Shown here piece by piece: positions 22,982 to 33,966 of a DNA stretch of 33,966 nt. Positions within the stretch are counted from its first letter, which is position 1; every line of letters starts with the position of its first letter. The notes beneath the pieces are model-generated. The model saw nothing but the letters and a program-made list of their open reading frames with translations, ran no database searches and had not been told where the DNA came from. The stretch comes from Chiloscyllium plagiosum (taxonomy: Eukaryota). Made by a program: the position numbers and the translations under genes. The stretch spans positions 87,381,352-87,415,317 of the forward strand of contig NC_057718.1 in assembly GCF_004010195.1 (NCBI RefSeq). The letters are read 5' to 3'.

Positions 22982-23472
22982 AGAGTCCAAGAGATGTGCA
23001 GCGTAGAAACAGACCCCTCAGTCCAACTTGTACATGCCAACCAGACATCCTAAACTAATCTAGTCCCATTTAGTTCATATATCCTTCTAAGCCCTTCCTA
23101 CTCATATACCCATCTAGATGCCTGTTGAATGTAGTAATTGTACCAGCCTCCTCCACTTCCTTTGGCAATTCATTCCCCACACATCCTCTGCATGAAAACA
23201 TTGCTCCTTAGGTTTCTTTTATATCTTTCCCCTCTCCCATTAAATCAATGCCCTCTAGTTCTGGACTCTCCACCCCAGGGAAAAGAACTTGAATATTCAC
23301 CCTATCCATTCCTCTCATAATTTTATAAAGCTCTAAGGTCCCCCCTCAGCCTCTGAAGCTAAGGGGAAATAGCCCCAGCCGATTCAGCCTCTCCCTATAA
23401 CTCAAATACTCCACCCCTGGCAACAGCTTTGTAAATCTTTTCTGAGCCCTTTCAAGTTTCACAACATCCTTT
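22982..23472 (-). mobile_element. CR1 3' fragment, same subfamily as 3307-3815
   Basis: Collinear with 3310-3815 (gtccaacttgtacatgccaaccaga...cagcctctccctata...cctttcaagtttcacaacatc). Confidence 0.88.
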
Positions 23473-23474
23473 CT

Positions 23475-24140
23475 GAAGTGCAGATAGACTTGAGAGCTCT
23501 AGTCCAGAATTCTCTCATGGTAAACTTACAGGTTGAGTCAGTAGTTAGGAAGGCAAATGCACTGGTGGCATTTATTTTGAGAGGACTAAATATTAAAAAA
23601 AAAACAGGAGTGTACTTCTGAGGCTCTATAAAGCTCTGGTCAGACCACATTTGGAGTATTGTGTGCAGTTTTGGGCCCCATATCTCCAGGAGGGATGTAC
23701 TGGCCCTGGAGCATGTTCAGATGAGGTTCAGGCGAATGGTCCCAGGAATGAAAAATTTTACATATGAGGAATTTTTAAAGACTCTGGTTTGATACTCAGT
23801 CGAGTTTAGAAGGATGAGGAGGAATCTAACTGAAACTTAGAATACTGAATGACCTGGACAGATTAGATGTTTGAAAGATGCCTCCATTAGTAGGTGAGGC
23901 TAGGACTCAAGGGCACAGCCTTTGAGTAAAAGACCTTTTTTTAATGGAAATAAGGAAAAATTTCTTCAGAGTGGTGAACCTGTGGAATTCATTGCCACAG
24001 AAGACTGTGGAGGCCAGGTCATTGAGTATATTTAAGACTGTGATAGATGGGTTCTTGGGTACCAAGGGTCTCTGGGAGAATGGGGTTGAAAAACTTAGAA
24101 GCCATAAATTAATGGTGGAGCAGACTCGATTGGCTGAAAG
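23475..24140 (+). mobile_element. CR1 3' fragment, same subfamily as 15360-16030
   Basis: gtagttaggaaggcaaatgca...aaagctctggtcagaccacatttggagtattgtgtgcagttttgggcccc and MEIRKNFFRVVNLWNSLP. Reverse-complementary to the 15.4-16.0 kb copy. Confidence 0.88.
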
Positions 24141-24479
24141 AAGCAAGAATTAGGCCAATGTCCTATGGCCTTCCAACAGGGGGGAAACCAGAATTGCATG
24201 TACTTACCAAAATGTGAGCAGCCAAACCAAGGAATTCAAGGCTTTGGGCCAGGTGCTGGAAAATGGGATTCGAGTCGTTTGGTGCTTGTTTTTGACTGGC
24301 GCAGACATGGTAGGCCAAAGGACCTTTCTCTTTGCTATAGATCTCTGACTCTATGGTAGAATCCTGGAAATAGCTACAAACCAGTAATTGTTTGGGAAGG
24401 GGCAACTCGAGACAATAATCGGGGAAGTGCATCCGACTAAATTTTGTATCTGAGTTGACAAGTCTCCCCCCCCCCAAAT

Positions 24480-26045
24480 CAAGTCCAGGTCCTGGTGGAT
24501 TTTATCCAAGTGTCTTTTTTTTTTAAAAGTAGTCTGAGAGTTGGTTGATGCTTTGGTTTTAATTTAACAAAACTAATTTGATTCAGGGAATATGCCTTTA
24601 GATTGGAAAATAGCTAATATAACTCTGACGTTCAAAAAGGGAGAGAGGCAGAAAGCAGGAAACTACTTGCTACTTGTCTTATTATTAAAGACATTTAGAG
24701 AAGTTCAGGATAATCAGGTAGAGATAACATTGTTTTGTCATGTTCCAACTAATTTGGACAAAGTTTAAAAAAATCACACGACACCAGATTATAGTCCAGC
24801 AGGTTTATTTGAGAGTACCAGCTTTCAGAGCGCTGCTCTTTAGGTGTTGTGTGCTTTTTAACTTTGTCCACCCTGGTCCAACACAGGCTCCTTCACATCA
24901 TAACTGATTTGGAGTTCTTTGAAGAGGTAACTTGTGCTATAGATAAAGGAGAACTGGTATTATACTTGGATATCTATAAGGCATTTGATAAGGTGCCATA
25001 TCAAAGGATATCGTAGAAATAAAAAAGCTCAGAGTGCATGGGATAATATATTTGCGTGGAATGATGATTGGCTGGGTAACAGGAAGTGGAGAGGAATAAA
25101 TGAGTCTTTTTCAATCTAGTTGGATATCTCAAGTGATGTATCTCAAGGGTTGATGCTTAAGCTTCAACTCTTTACAGTTCATATAAATGATTTTGTTGAA
25201 GGGACTGAAGTAATTTGTTGATGATGCCAAGGTACGAAGGGAAGTGATTTTTGAAGAAGCTATGAGTCTACAAACCTACTGGCAAATGAAGTACAATGGA
25301 AGTAAAATGTGGCAAAGTGTAAAATTGTTCATTTTTGACTGAAAGATTAAGCATTTATATATCTGAATAGTGAGAGGATCTGAGTGTCAAATGCATGAAT
25401 CACAGCTGGTTAATATGCAGGTACAGCAAATAACCAGGAAAGATAATTGAATATTAAGGTCTATTATGGGGGAATTGAATGCAAGAGTAGGGAGGTTGTG
25501 TGTCAATTATACATGCATTGGTGAAACTGCATTTGGAGTTCTGTGTGTGGTACTGGTCATTGTACTTATGGAATAATGTTGATGCATTAGAAGCAGTTCA
25601 TAAGGTTTACTAGACAAATAACCTCGAATGAGCGGATTGCCTTGGGAAAGCTAGACAGACTTTCCCTGTATGCCTGGAGTTCAGAAGAGTGAGAGCTAAC
25701 TTAATTGAAACTTGTAAGATCCTGAGTTGACTGAATGAATGTCAAAAAGATGTTCCCTCATGTGGGAGAATCTAGAAATAGGGGGTCATATTTAAAAAAA
25801 AAGTCAGCCATTTACGATATAGATGAGAAAGCATTTCTCCTTAGGAATGTGAGACTATGGAATTCCTCAAAAAAGCTATGGATGTAGAATCTTTAAATAT
25901 TTTTAAGGCAGACGTGTTTCGGTCCTTCAGTACCAAGAGGCTGGAAGATTATTGGGATATGCAGCGATATAGAATTGATAAAATCATATCAACACTAGTC
26001 TTATTGAATCATGGGCTCGAAGGGCTGATTGGTCTATTCTTCCTT
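24480..26045 (+). mobile_element. Old decayed CR1 ORF2 (RT to tail)
   Basis: aagtccaggtcctggtggatttt (SPGP), gattggaaaatagctaatata (DWKIAN), gagttctttgaagaggtaac (EFFEEVT), aaggcatttgataaggtgcca (KAFDKVP), and tail ggctcgaagggctgattggtctattcttcct. Confidence 0.8.
24759..24901. mobile_element. Penelope-like mini-insertion with inverted terminal segments
   Basis: ggacaaagtttaaaaaaatcacacgacacc is the reverse complement of ggtgttgtgtgctttttaactttgtcc. The minus strand carries a half-hammerhead gagcagcgctctgaaagct. Flanked by aactaatttgga and aactgatttgga. Confidence 0.75.
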
Positions 26046-26046
26046 G

Positions 26047-26755
26047 GAGAAAGTGAGGACTGCATGTATTGGAGATCAGAGTCGAGTGTGGTGCTGGAAA
26101 AGCACAGCAGGTCAGGCAGCATCTGAGGAGCAGGAGAATCGACGTTTCGGGCAAGAGCCCTTCATCAGGAATGAGGCTTGTGAACTGGGAGGAAGGTAAC
26201 TGAGAATGCGATAGGTAGACTGAGGTGGGGGTAATGGTGATGAGTCAGAGAGGAGTGTGGGAACGAAGATGGACAGGTAGGACAGGTCATGAGGGTGGTG
26301 CCAAGTTAGAATTGGGATAAGGTGGGGGGAGGGGAAATGAGGAAACTGGTGAAATTCACTTTGATGCCTTGCAATTGGTGTGAGTTTCACCAATCACATG
26401 GCATCGATGTGGATTTCATCAGTCTCCTCATTTTCCCCTCTTTTTCCACCCCCAACCACCCCCCCCCCCCCCCCACCTTATCCCAGTTCCAATCTTCGAA
26501 CTCGGCATCGCCCTCATGACCTGTCCTACCTGTCCATCTTCGTTCCCACTCTCCTCTCCAACCTATCACCATTACTCCCACCTCCATCTACCTATCACAC
26601 TCTAAGCTACCTTGTCACCCAGCCCCACCGCACTCCCATTTATCTCTGCATCCCCTCTGCTCACAAACCTCAATCCATGAAGGGCTCTCGCCCGAAATGT
26701 CGATTCTCCTGCTCCTCGGATGCTGCTTGACCTGCTGTGCTTTTCCAGTGCTCCA
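26047..26755. mobile_element. Penelope-like element ends arranged as a ~330 bp-arm inverted repeat
   Basis: Left arm 26047-26380 (minus) and right arm 26388-26755 (plus) are reverse complements around ggtg-tgagttt-cacc. Both carry the hammerhead region and gatgctgc...cctgctgtgcttttccag. Confidence 0.9.
26137..26172 (-). ncRNA. Minimal type I hammerhead ribozyme motif, core intact
   Basis: Minus strand: attc-CTGATGA-a-GGGC-tctt-GCCC-GAAAC-GTC/gatt. It has the CUGAUGA and GAAA boxes, a 4-bp stem II, the palindromic ACGU minimal stem III and a GUC cleavage triplet. Stem I is short with one U-U mismatch. Confidence 0.8.
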
Positions 26756-28178
26756 GTCTGTACTGTTGTTCCCTGTTCATATGTTGGTTCATATGTACCT
26801 CTACACAATAATCTGTGTTTGCATAGCCTTATTGACACACACTGCAATTGTGAAACATCAAACTGGGATAATCCAAAACTCTAGTTATTGCAAAACGTCT
26901 GGCCATTCCTCTTGGCAAATTAAGAAATCCAGTAGAAGGATACTCGTGCTAAACTGAAGTTTTGAACTGCTGACTCTAGGTTAACCAAACTTGGGCATAC
27001 TTGTCATATGAACATACCAACCAATTGGACCAGAATTAGTCTATGCTAGAGTGTGAAATTACAGGGCAAGCCTGCAGCAATACCTACAAAATGGTCTTGC
27101 CCATATCCTGAATGATTAAGCACCATGGATGAAATCTGACTGTTTTACTGTCTTTTGCCTATCTGCAATGTGTAAAGATGGAATGTTACATGTTTTGGTC
27201 TGTGCTAACATGAATGACCAGCAAAAAGCTGCTGTTTTGTGTGTTAAAGTCCAAGAAGCTAAGATTGCTTTGTGAATGTTAAGACACTACCCACACAACA
27301 TGAGGCATACCAGATTGCTTGGAAGGCCTCCTGAAGTTTTGAGATGTGAATCAAGCAAGTGGACAAGATTAATATCAAAAGAATAAAAGGAAGGTCTTCG
27401 CCCTAATGATCCTAAAATGTTTGAATGCCCAGACTATTTCCTTAGCTGAAGCTGCAAAAGGGGAAAAGTTCCTCCCTGAGTTCTCATTTCAACACAAAAA
27501 TGAGCTAAATGCATTTTGACTGTCTTAATAAAATGGCAGTCTGTTTCACACTATTCTAAAGGCAGCACAGTGAGCAGAACAAGATTACTGAGCCGACCCA
27601 GAGCTATCTCTTTTTTTTTCAGTGCATTTTACTGTAAAAGGACAGGCCATTATGATGTATGAACAAATTAGTTTTTCATTGTACTTCATGTAGACTACAT
27701 TTGTAAACAAATGATGTCATGTTGGGCTATCACAACACTGCTTAACACAGATTTGAGGGTCAGTCCCCGAGATTAAATTTGATATGATTTTACTGTTGCA
27801 GGCATTTCATAAGGAGAAGAGGGACAAATTGATTTAGATTGCTGACGGCACATCTGTCAATGGCAGGGCTAAGGGAATGTGAAGTTGCTTAAAGTGCTAA
27901 AATTATTAGGTCAAATGATGGAGATTTGAAAATGGGATGAAACAAAGGAGGTGTACTAAGGAAGATGGTTTTTCTGTTCCTAGCTGTTTACCTGTTGTTC
28001 TATCGGCTTATGGTATTGAAGACTCTAACGTTTATATTGTTAGCATTTAATTGTTCTTCAGTATTCCATTTTGAGCCAAGCTAATGTGAACTTTGGTGCT
28101 GATAATTATGGTCATTATCAGGATAAATTCTTAGTAATAGTATTGCAGCACTTGTCATACAAACTTTCTATTTTGCAG

Positions 28179-28302
28179 GCTATTCATTCCGTGGCTTGGC
28201 ATCATGAAGGAAAACAGTTTGTTTGCAGCCATTCAGATGGTAGCCTTACTATCTGGAATGTAAAATCTCCCATCAAACCTGCACAAATTATTACACCACA
28301 TG
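28179..28302 (+). CDS. STXBP5: STXBP5 internal coding exon, 124 nt (WD40 repeat)
   Basis: Acceptor ttttgcag|GCT and donor CATG|gtaggt. Encodes AIHSVAWHHEGKQFVCSHSDGSLTIWNVKSPIKPAQIITPH(G), continuing directly from ...YDE in the tomosyn sequence. Confidence 0.95.
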
Positions 28303-29266
28303 GTAGGTATGAACTTGTTTGTGTGGTCTTACAGTCTTTGACGTAAAAGCACAAAAATATGGAACACAGAAGATAGACATTTGGTCTAGTGCACCTGTTC
28401 TAACTAAAGAAAAACTATCTGGCCTAATCCCATTTTTCAGGTCAGGCCTATAGCCTTGTAGGTGGAAGCATTTCGGGTGGATAACCAAGTGACTTAAATG
28501 TAAGCAAGAATGTTGACCCTGCTCCGCTATTCAATATGATTGTGGTTGATCATTCAACTCAATAGCCTGTTCCTGCTATAAACTTTAATTCCTTTAGCCA
28601 TAATTGTTATAGCCAACTCCTCCTTGAAAATATATGATCTTTTGACCTCGAATCCTTTTGCTCACTACTTTCTCTGGGTGGAGGAACTTCTCATCTCAGT
28701 CCTAAATGCTTTTCCTCGTACCCTTATTCTCTGATCCTTGGTTCTGGAATCCCCCCATCATCGGGAACATTCTTCCTGCATATTCCCTCTGTTGCTCTTT
28801 CAGAATTTTATAGGTTTCTATGACATTCCTCCCCCTACCCCATTCTTCTGAGCTCCAGTGAATTTAATAACAGATTCAACCTCTCCACATATGCCCATCC
28901 TGCTATCTGTTTGGTAAACTTTTGCTGCCCTACTTCTTGAGCAAGGACTTCCATTCTCAGATAAGGAGATCAAAACTGCACTCACTATTTTAGGTGTGTT
29001 CTTGCCAAGCCATCCTGTAAAATGGCAGCAAGATGTCACTGTTCCTGTTCTTGAATCCTCTCACTATGAAGACCAACGTACTATTTTCTGCCTTCACCAT
29101 CCGGTGCAACTCCAACCTACGTTTAGCACCAGGTTACTTGGACACCCAGGCTTCATTGCACATTTCCCCTCTTTCAATTTGTAGCCATTTAACTAATAAT
29201 CTGCCTTCCTGCTTTTGCTTCCAAATGTGTTTCATTTATCCACATTATACTGCATCTGCTCAGCAT

Positions 29267-29609
29267 TTGCTCACTCTCTCAGCTTGTCCAAACCATACTA
29301 AAGTGTCTCTGCATCCTGCTCTCTCTCACACCAGCTTTGTGTCACCTGGAGATAATAGTTCAATGAACCAAATCATTAATATATATTGTGAAAAGCTGGG
29401 ATCATTAGACTGATTCCTGCTGTACCACACTAGCCACTTGCTCACTCTCTCAGCTTGTCCAAACCATACTAAAGTGTCTCCGCATCCTGCTCTCTCTCAC
29501 ACCCAGCTTTGTGTCACCTGGAGATAATAGTTCAATGAACCAAATCATTAATATATATTGTGAAAAGCTGGGATCATTAGACTGATTCCTGCTGTACCAC
29601 ACTAGCCAC
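29267..29609. repeat. Near-perfect direct tandem duplication, 171 bp x2
   Basis: ttgctcactctctcagc...accacactagccac starts at 29267 and at 29438. I see one substitution and one 1-bp indel between the copies. Confidence 0.95.
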
Positions 29610-30411
29610 TGCCTGCTATTTGGAAAAATACCTATTATTTCTGTTTTGTTTCCTGTCTGCCAACCAATCTTTTTACCCATCATCGTACAGCACCCCAATC
29701 CCTTTAATTTTGTGTGTTACTCTGAGATTTTGTCAAAAGCCTTCTGAAAGTCCAAATAGACCACATCCACTGACCCCCCCCCCCCCCTCATCAACTCTAC
29801 TAGTGACATCCTCATGAAATTCCAGTAGATTTGTCAAGCATGATTTCCCTTTCTGTCTGTCACTTTTCCAAACGTTGAGAAATCTTTTCTAGTGGACTTA
29901 AGCATTTTTCCCACTCTTTACAGCAGGCTGATTTGGTCTACAATTTCCAGTTTTCTCACTGGAAGTAGAGGGATTACATTAGCTATCTTCCAATTTGAAG
30001 GAACTGTCCCAGAATCTGTAAAATCTTGAAAGATGGCCACCAACGCTTCTGCTATCTCCAGGGTGTCTTCCTTAAGTACCCCGGGGTACAACTTACCAGG
30101 GTATAGCCTGGAGATTTTTCAGCCTTCAGTCTCCTCAATTTCTCCAATGCTGTTTCCCTACTAATACTGATTTCTTTCACTGAACCCGGTGTCCCCCAAT
30201 ATTTCTGATACGTTATTTGTGTCCTCATTTGTGAACATAACCAAAGTATATATTTAGTTAGCCATTTCTTTGTTCCCCATTATAATTCCCTTGTTTCTGA
30301 CTGTAAGGAACCTACATTTGTCTTCACTATCTTCTTTTGTGTTCACACATCTGTAGACACTTTTTAAAAATGTTCCCTGCAGTCTGGCTTACTCTATTCT
30401 CCCTTTCTTAA

Positions 30412-30758
30412 GGGCAGCACGGTGGCTCAGTGGTTAGCACTGCTGCCTCACAGAGGCAGGAACTGTGCTCGAATCCAGCCTCTGCGACTGTCTGTAGAGT
30501 TTGTACATTCTCCCCGTGTCTGTGTGGGTTTCCTCTGGGTGCTCCGGTTTCCCCCCACAATCCAAAAGATGTGCAGGTTACTTTAATTGGCCATGCTAAA
30601 TTGCCCAAAGTGTTCATGGGTGTGTAGGTTAGATGCATTAGTCAGGGGTAAAATATACGGTAGGGGTATAGGTCTGGATGGGTTACTGTTCAGAAGATCA
30701 GTGTGGACTTGTTGGGCTGAAGGGCATGTTTTCACACTAGGGATTCTATTCCATGATT
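30412..30758 (+). mobile_element. Full-length HE1-type (V-SINE) tRNA-derived SINE
   Basis: A box ggtggctcagtggttagcactgctgcctcacag, B-box-like ctcgaatcc, V-domain ttctccccgtgtctgtgtgggtttcctctgggtgctccggtttccccccacaatccaaaagatgtgcaggtt, and a CR1-like tail gggctgaagggcatgttttcacac...gattctattccatgatt. Confidence 0.92.
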
Positions 30759-31479
30759 AGTCCATCCGTTGGTGCTCCTTTGCTGAATTCTAAACTAATC
30801 CTGTTTTTCTAACCTTTGTTTTCCTCATAAATTTGTATGCCTCTCCTTGGATCTAATGCTAACTTCAATTTCCCTTGTAAGCTGTGGTGTGGCTACCTTT
30901 CTCATTTTACTTTTGTGTCAGCTAGGAATGAGCAATTGTTTCGGTTCACCCATGGGCTCTTTGAACATAGCAGTTGCCTCTCCACTGTCTTCCCTTTAAG
31001 TAATGTTCCCCAATTCATCATAGCTAGTGCATTCCTCATACCATTGTAATTTCCTTCATTTAGATTCAGATCCAAGTCTCTAAATCAGCTATGTTACTCT
31101 TTATCTTGATGAATTCTATCATATTATGGTCACTCATCGTAAAGGGACCTTGCACAGCTCGATTGCCAACTACTCCTTTCTCATGACATGATACCCAGTA
31201 TAGGATGGCTTGTTTTCCAGTTGGTTCCTCAGCAAATTAGTCCAGAAAACCATCTTGTATATGATCCAGGAATAATTATTCTTACTAATTTGATTTGCTA
31301 ATCTCTATATGCTGATTTGAAGTTAACCATTATTGCAAATGTTTCTTTGTTGCATGCCTCTCTAATTTTATGTTTAACGTCTTTCCCAAAATTATCATTG
31401 CAGTATGGGAGTTTATATACAGCCCCACTAATATTTTTGCCCTTGGTCTTTCTCAGCTCTACCCATACAAGTACTCATA

Positions 31480-31715
31480 TAGTTCTTCCTGTCCACTGTA
31501 CTTAGGCACCTCATAATTTTTCGCACCTTAATTAAATCACCCCTCAGCCTACTTTGTTCCAAAGAACAGGACACCAGCCAATGTAGCCTTTCTTCATAGC
31601 TAAGATTATACACATCTGACAAGACCCTTGTATCTTTTCTTGTGTAATTACATTCTCCTTGTCATGTAGTGCTCAGAACCATACACAGTTCTCTCCATGT
31701 GACTTAGTGTTTTAT
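31480..31715 (-). mobile_element. CR1 ORF2 C-terminal fragment
   Basis: Minus peptide LSYEERLHWLVSCSLEQSRLRGDLIKVRKIMR. Confidence 0.75.
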
Positions 31716-31719
31716 ATAG

Positions 31720-32079
31720 TTTTTTTTATTCAGGGGATGAGGGCATCACTGGTCAAGCCAACATTTATTGCCCATCCCAAATCACCCAGCAGTTAAGAGT
31801 CAACCACATTGCTGCTGGTCTGGAGTCACATGTAGACCAGACCCCAGTCAGGATGGTAGATTCCTTCCCTAAAAGACATTTGTGAACCAGATGGGTTTTT
31901 CTGACAATCAACAGTGAATCCATGGTCTCCGTTAGACTCTTAATTCCAGATTTCCTTTTTTTAATTGAATTCAAATTCCATCATCTGCCATGACAGGATT
32001 TGAACCTGGGTTCCCAAAATATTAGCTGGATCTCTGAATTAGCAGTCTGGCAATAACACCACTAGATTGTTACTTCCCC
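31720..32079 (-). mobile_element. tRNA-derived SINE (same family as 655-981)
   Basis: Minus strand has B box ggttcaaatcc, central aaaacccatctggttcacaaatgtcttttagggaaggaatctacc...catgtgactccagacc...gcaatgtggttgactcttaactg, tail gggatgggcaataaatg and an A-rich end. Confidence 0.85.
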
Positions 32080-32269
32080 ATAAAGTTCTTCTCACGACCA
32101 CTTCATATATCCAATGTTTTCTTGTTTCTTTTAACCTTCGTGATTAAAGATTAGTACCTTTAATTATGTTCTTAACCATCATATACATCTGTCCTCCTAC
32201 CTTTAAACTTGAATGGGCACTATAAAAGGTCCGTCTGTTCCCCTACACTTAATATCATTGAATTCCAGA

Positions 32270-33395
32270 GGTGAGTTGAGAATGATAGCCCTTGTCATCA
32301 AGACTGCACTCGACTGCACGTGACATTAGGGATCCCTAACAAAACTAGAATCGATGGGTAATGGGACAAACTTTGCTGGTTAGAATTATATTTGGTACGT
32401 AGGAATGTGGCTGTGCTTGTTAGAGGTCAATCAGCTCTGCTGTAGGACATCTCTGCAGAATGTCCTCAAGGTAGTGTCCTAAGCCCAACCATCTTCAGCT
32501 GCTTCATCAATGACTGTACCTCCATAAAGTTAGAAGTACGGATGTTCACCAATGATTGCACAATGTACAATACCATTTGTTACTCCTCAGCTACTGAAAC
32601 AATCCATGTTCAAATGCAGCAAGTTCTGGATAATGTCCAGGCCTGGGCTGACAAATGGCAAGTAACATTCAAGTCACACATGCTAGGCAATGACCATGTC
32701 CCATAAAAGACAATCCAATCACTGTACCATGACATTTGGTGTTACCATCATTGAATCTCCTGTTATCGACATCCTGGGGTTACCATTGACCAGAAACTCA
32801 CTGGACTCACCACATAATCACAGATGCTGGGAATACAGCATCAAATAACTCACTCCCTGACTCCCCAGAGCCTGTCTGCCATCTACAAGGCATAAGTCAG
32901 GAGTGTGATGGAATACCCCCCACCTGGCTGGATGAATGCAGCTCCAACAACACTCAAACATGACACCATTCAGGACACAGCAACCTGCTGAAATGGCATC
33001 TCATCCAAAAACATCCAGTTACTCCTCCACCAACACTCAGCAACAGCTTGTACTATTTACAAGATGCACTGCAGAAATTCACCAAAGATCCTTAGATAGC
33101 ACCTTCCAAGACCATGTTCACTTCTGTCTCGAAGGAATGGGCAACGGATACATGGAAACATCATTGGCAAGTTCCTGTCCAAGCCATTCACCATCCTAAC
33201 TTGGAAATACCTTACCATTCTTATCTGTCATTGCATCAGCTTCCTGAAATTCTCTCCCTAAAGGTATTGTGGGTCTACATACAACAGATGGACTGGAGTG
33301 GTTCAAGCGGCAGCTTGTCAACGCCTTCGTGAGGGCAACTTGGAATGGGGAATAAATGCCAGACAGCCAGTGATGCCGTTATCACATGTGAATCT
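32270..33395 (+). mobile_element. Decayed CR1/L2-group LINE (RT to 3' end) sharing its tail with the SINEs at 655 and 31720
   Basis: cctcaaggtagtgtcctaagcccaaccatcttcagctgcttcatcaatgac (PQGSVLSPTIFSCFIND), MFTNDCT, WADKWQVTF, IYKA*VRSVMEY, and tail gggcaacttggaatggggaataaatgcc...gccagtgatgcc. Confidence 0.8.
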
Positions 33396-33597
33396 GTTAA
33401 ATTATTGTATATTAAGGAATTATGGAATTTTAAGTATTGCTACATAAAGACACAATTTTGTCAAAGCGTTTGTCTTGTACTCATCGTGGCAATTTGCAAG
33501 AAGTACCAAAAAAAATTTATACCCCTGTTCAAGAGGAGGGTAATGCCTTGACCAACCAGAATTAACCTGCCTGGTTTAACAAGAAAACATCACCTGA

Positions 33598-33669
33598 CTG
33601 TTAGTCATCAGGAGGGAGGCCATATTGGATTTGCTGTTAGTCATCAGGAGGGAGGCCATATTGGATTTG
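33598..33669. repeat. Perfect 36 bp tandem duplication at a CR1 5' junction
   Basis: ctgttagtcatcaggagggaggccatattggatttg x2 (33598-33633 and 33634-33669). Confidence 0.95.
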
Positions 33670-33966
33670 GAACTTGGTAACGAACCGGGACAAGTGATGA
33701 GCTTGTTAGTGGGTGAGCATTTTGGTGATGGTGACCACAATTCTGTGACTTTCACCTTGGTTATGGAGAGAGATAGGTGCGTGCAACAGGGCAGGTTTTA
33801 CAATTGGGGGAAGGGTAAATACAATGTTGCAAGACAGGATCTGAGGAGCATAAATTGGGAGCATAGGCTGTCAGGGAAGGATGTCATTGAAATGTGGAAC
33901 TTTTTCAAGGAACAGATACGACGTGTCCTTGATATGTATGTACCTGTCAGGCAGGAAAGAGATGGT
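33649..33966 (+). mobile_element. Young 5'-truncated CR1, ORF2 open to the window end
   Basis: Stop-free frame REAILDLELGNEPGQVMSLLVGEHFGDGDHNSVTFTLVMERDR...YNWGKGKY...INWEHRLSGKDVIEMWNFFKEQI...YVPVRQERDG (APE endonuclease C-terminus and linker). Confidence 0.9.

Larger units (their letters stand above)
28500..31465 (-). mobile_element. Old decayed CR1 ORF2 (EN to tail), interrupted by a SINE
   Basis: ttttgtcaaaagccttctgaaagtccaaatag (minus YLDFQKAFDK), agatttgtcaagcatgatttccc (GKSCLTNL), atattatggtcact (SDHNM) and tail-like sequence near 28500-28570. Confidence 0.8.

Noticed and set aside
30412..30490. tRNA gene
   Set aside because: The tRNA-like A/B boxes are the head of an HE1 SINE that continues into a V-domain and a LINE-derived tail.
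33594..33615. Hammerhead from CTGATGA on the minus strand
   Set aside because: No GAAA box follows a plausible stem II.

Overview
Vertebrate genomic DNA, almost certainly from a cartilaginous fish (shark), judged by HE1-type SINEs and shark-type CR1 and Penelope repeats. The window lies inside the tomosyn gene STXBP5 (+ strand) and holds three internal WD40-region exons (2039-2102, 13233-13316, 28179-28302) with canonical AG/GT sites and compatible phases. The large introns are filled with decayed and nested retroelements (CR1, L2, Tx1/L1, Penelope-like elements with hammerhead ribozyme motifs, tRNA-derived SINEs) and one TA-flanked MITE. The most unusual object is an antisense composite at 17546-18987: a ~1.14 kb 28S rRNA copy running from just upstream of the R2/I-PpoI target site to the mature 28S 3' end, then an A-rich linker, then a young-looking CR1 3' tail. 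It may be an rRNA-LINE chimeric retrocopy or a member of a 28S-derived SINE-like family. Also notable are a ~700 bp Penelope inverted repeat with one intact antisense hammerhead core and several recent tandem duplications. Repeat boundaries are approximate and family names come from recalled motifs, not database searches. Nearly all ORFs in the supplied track are spurious or are transposon debris.
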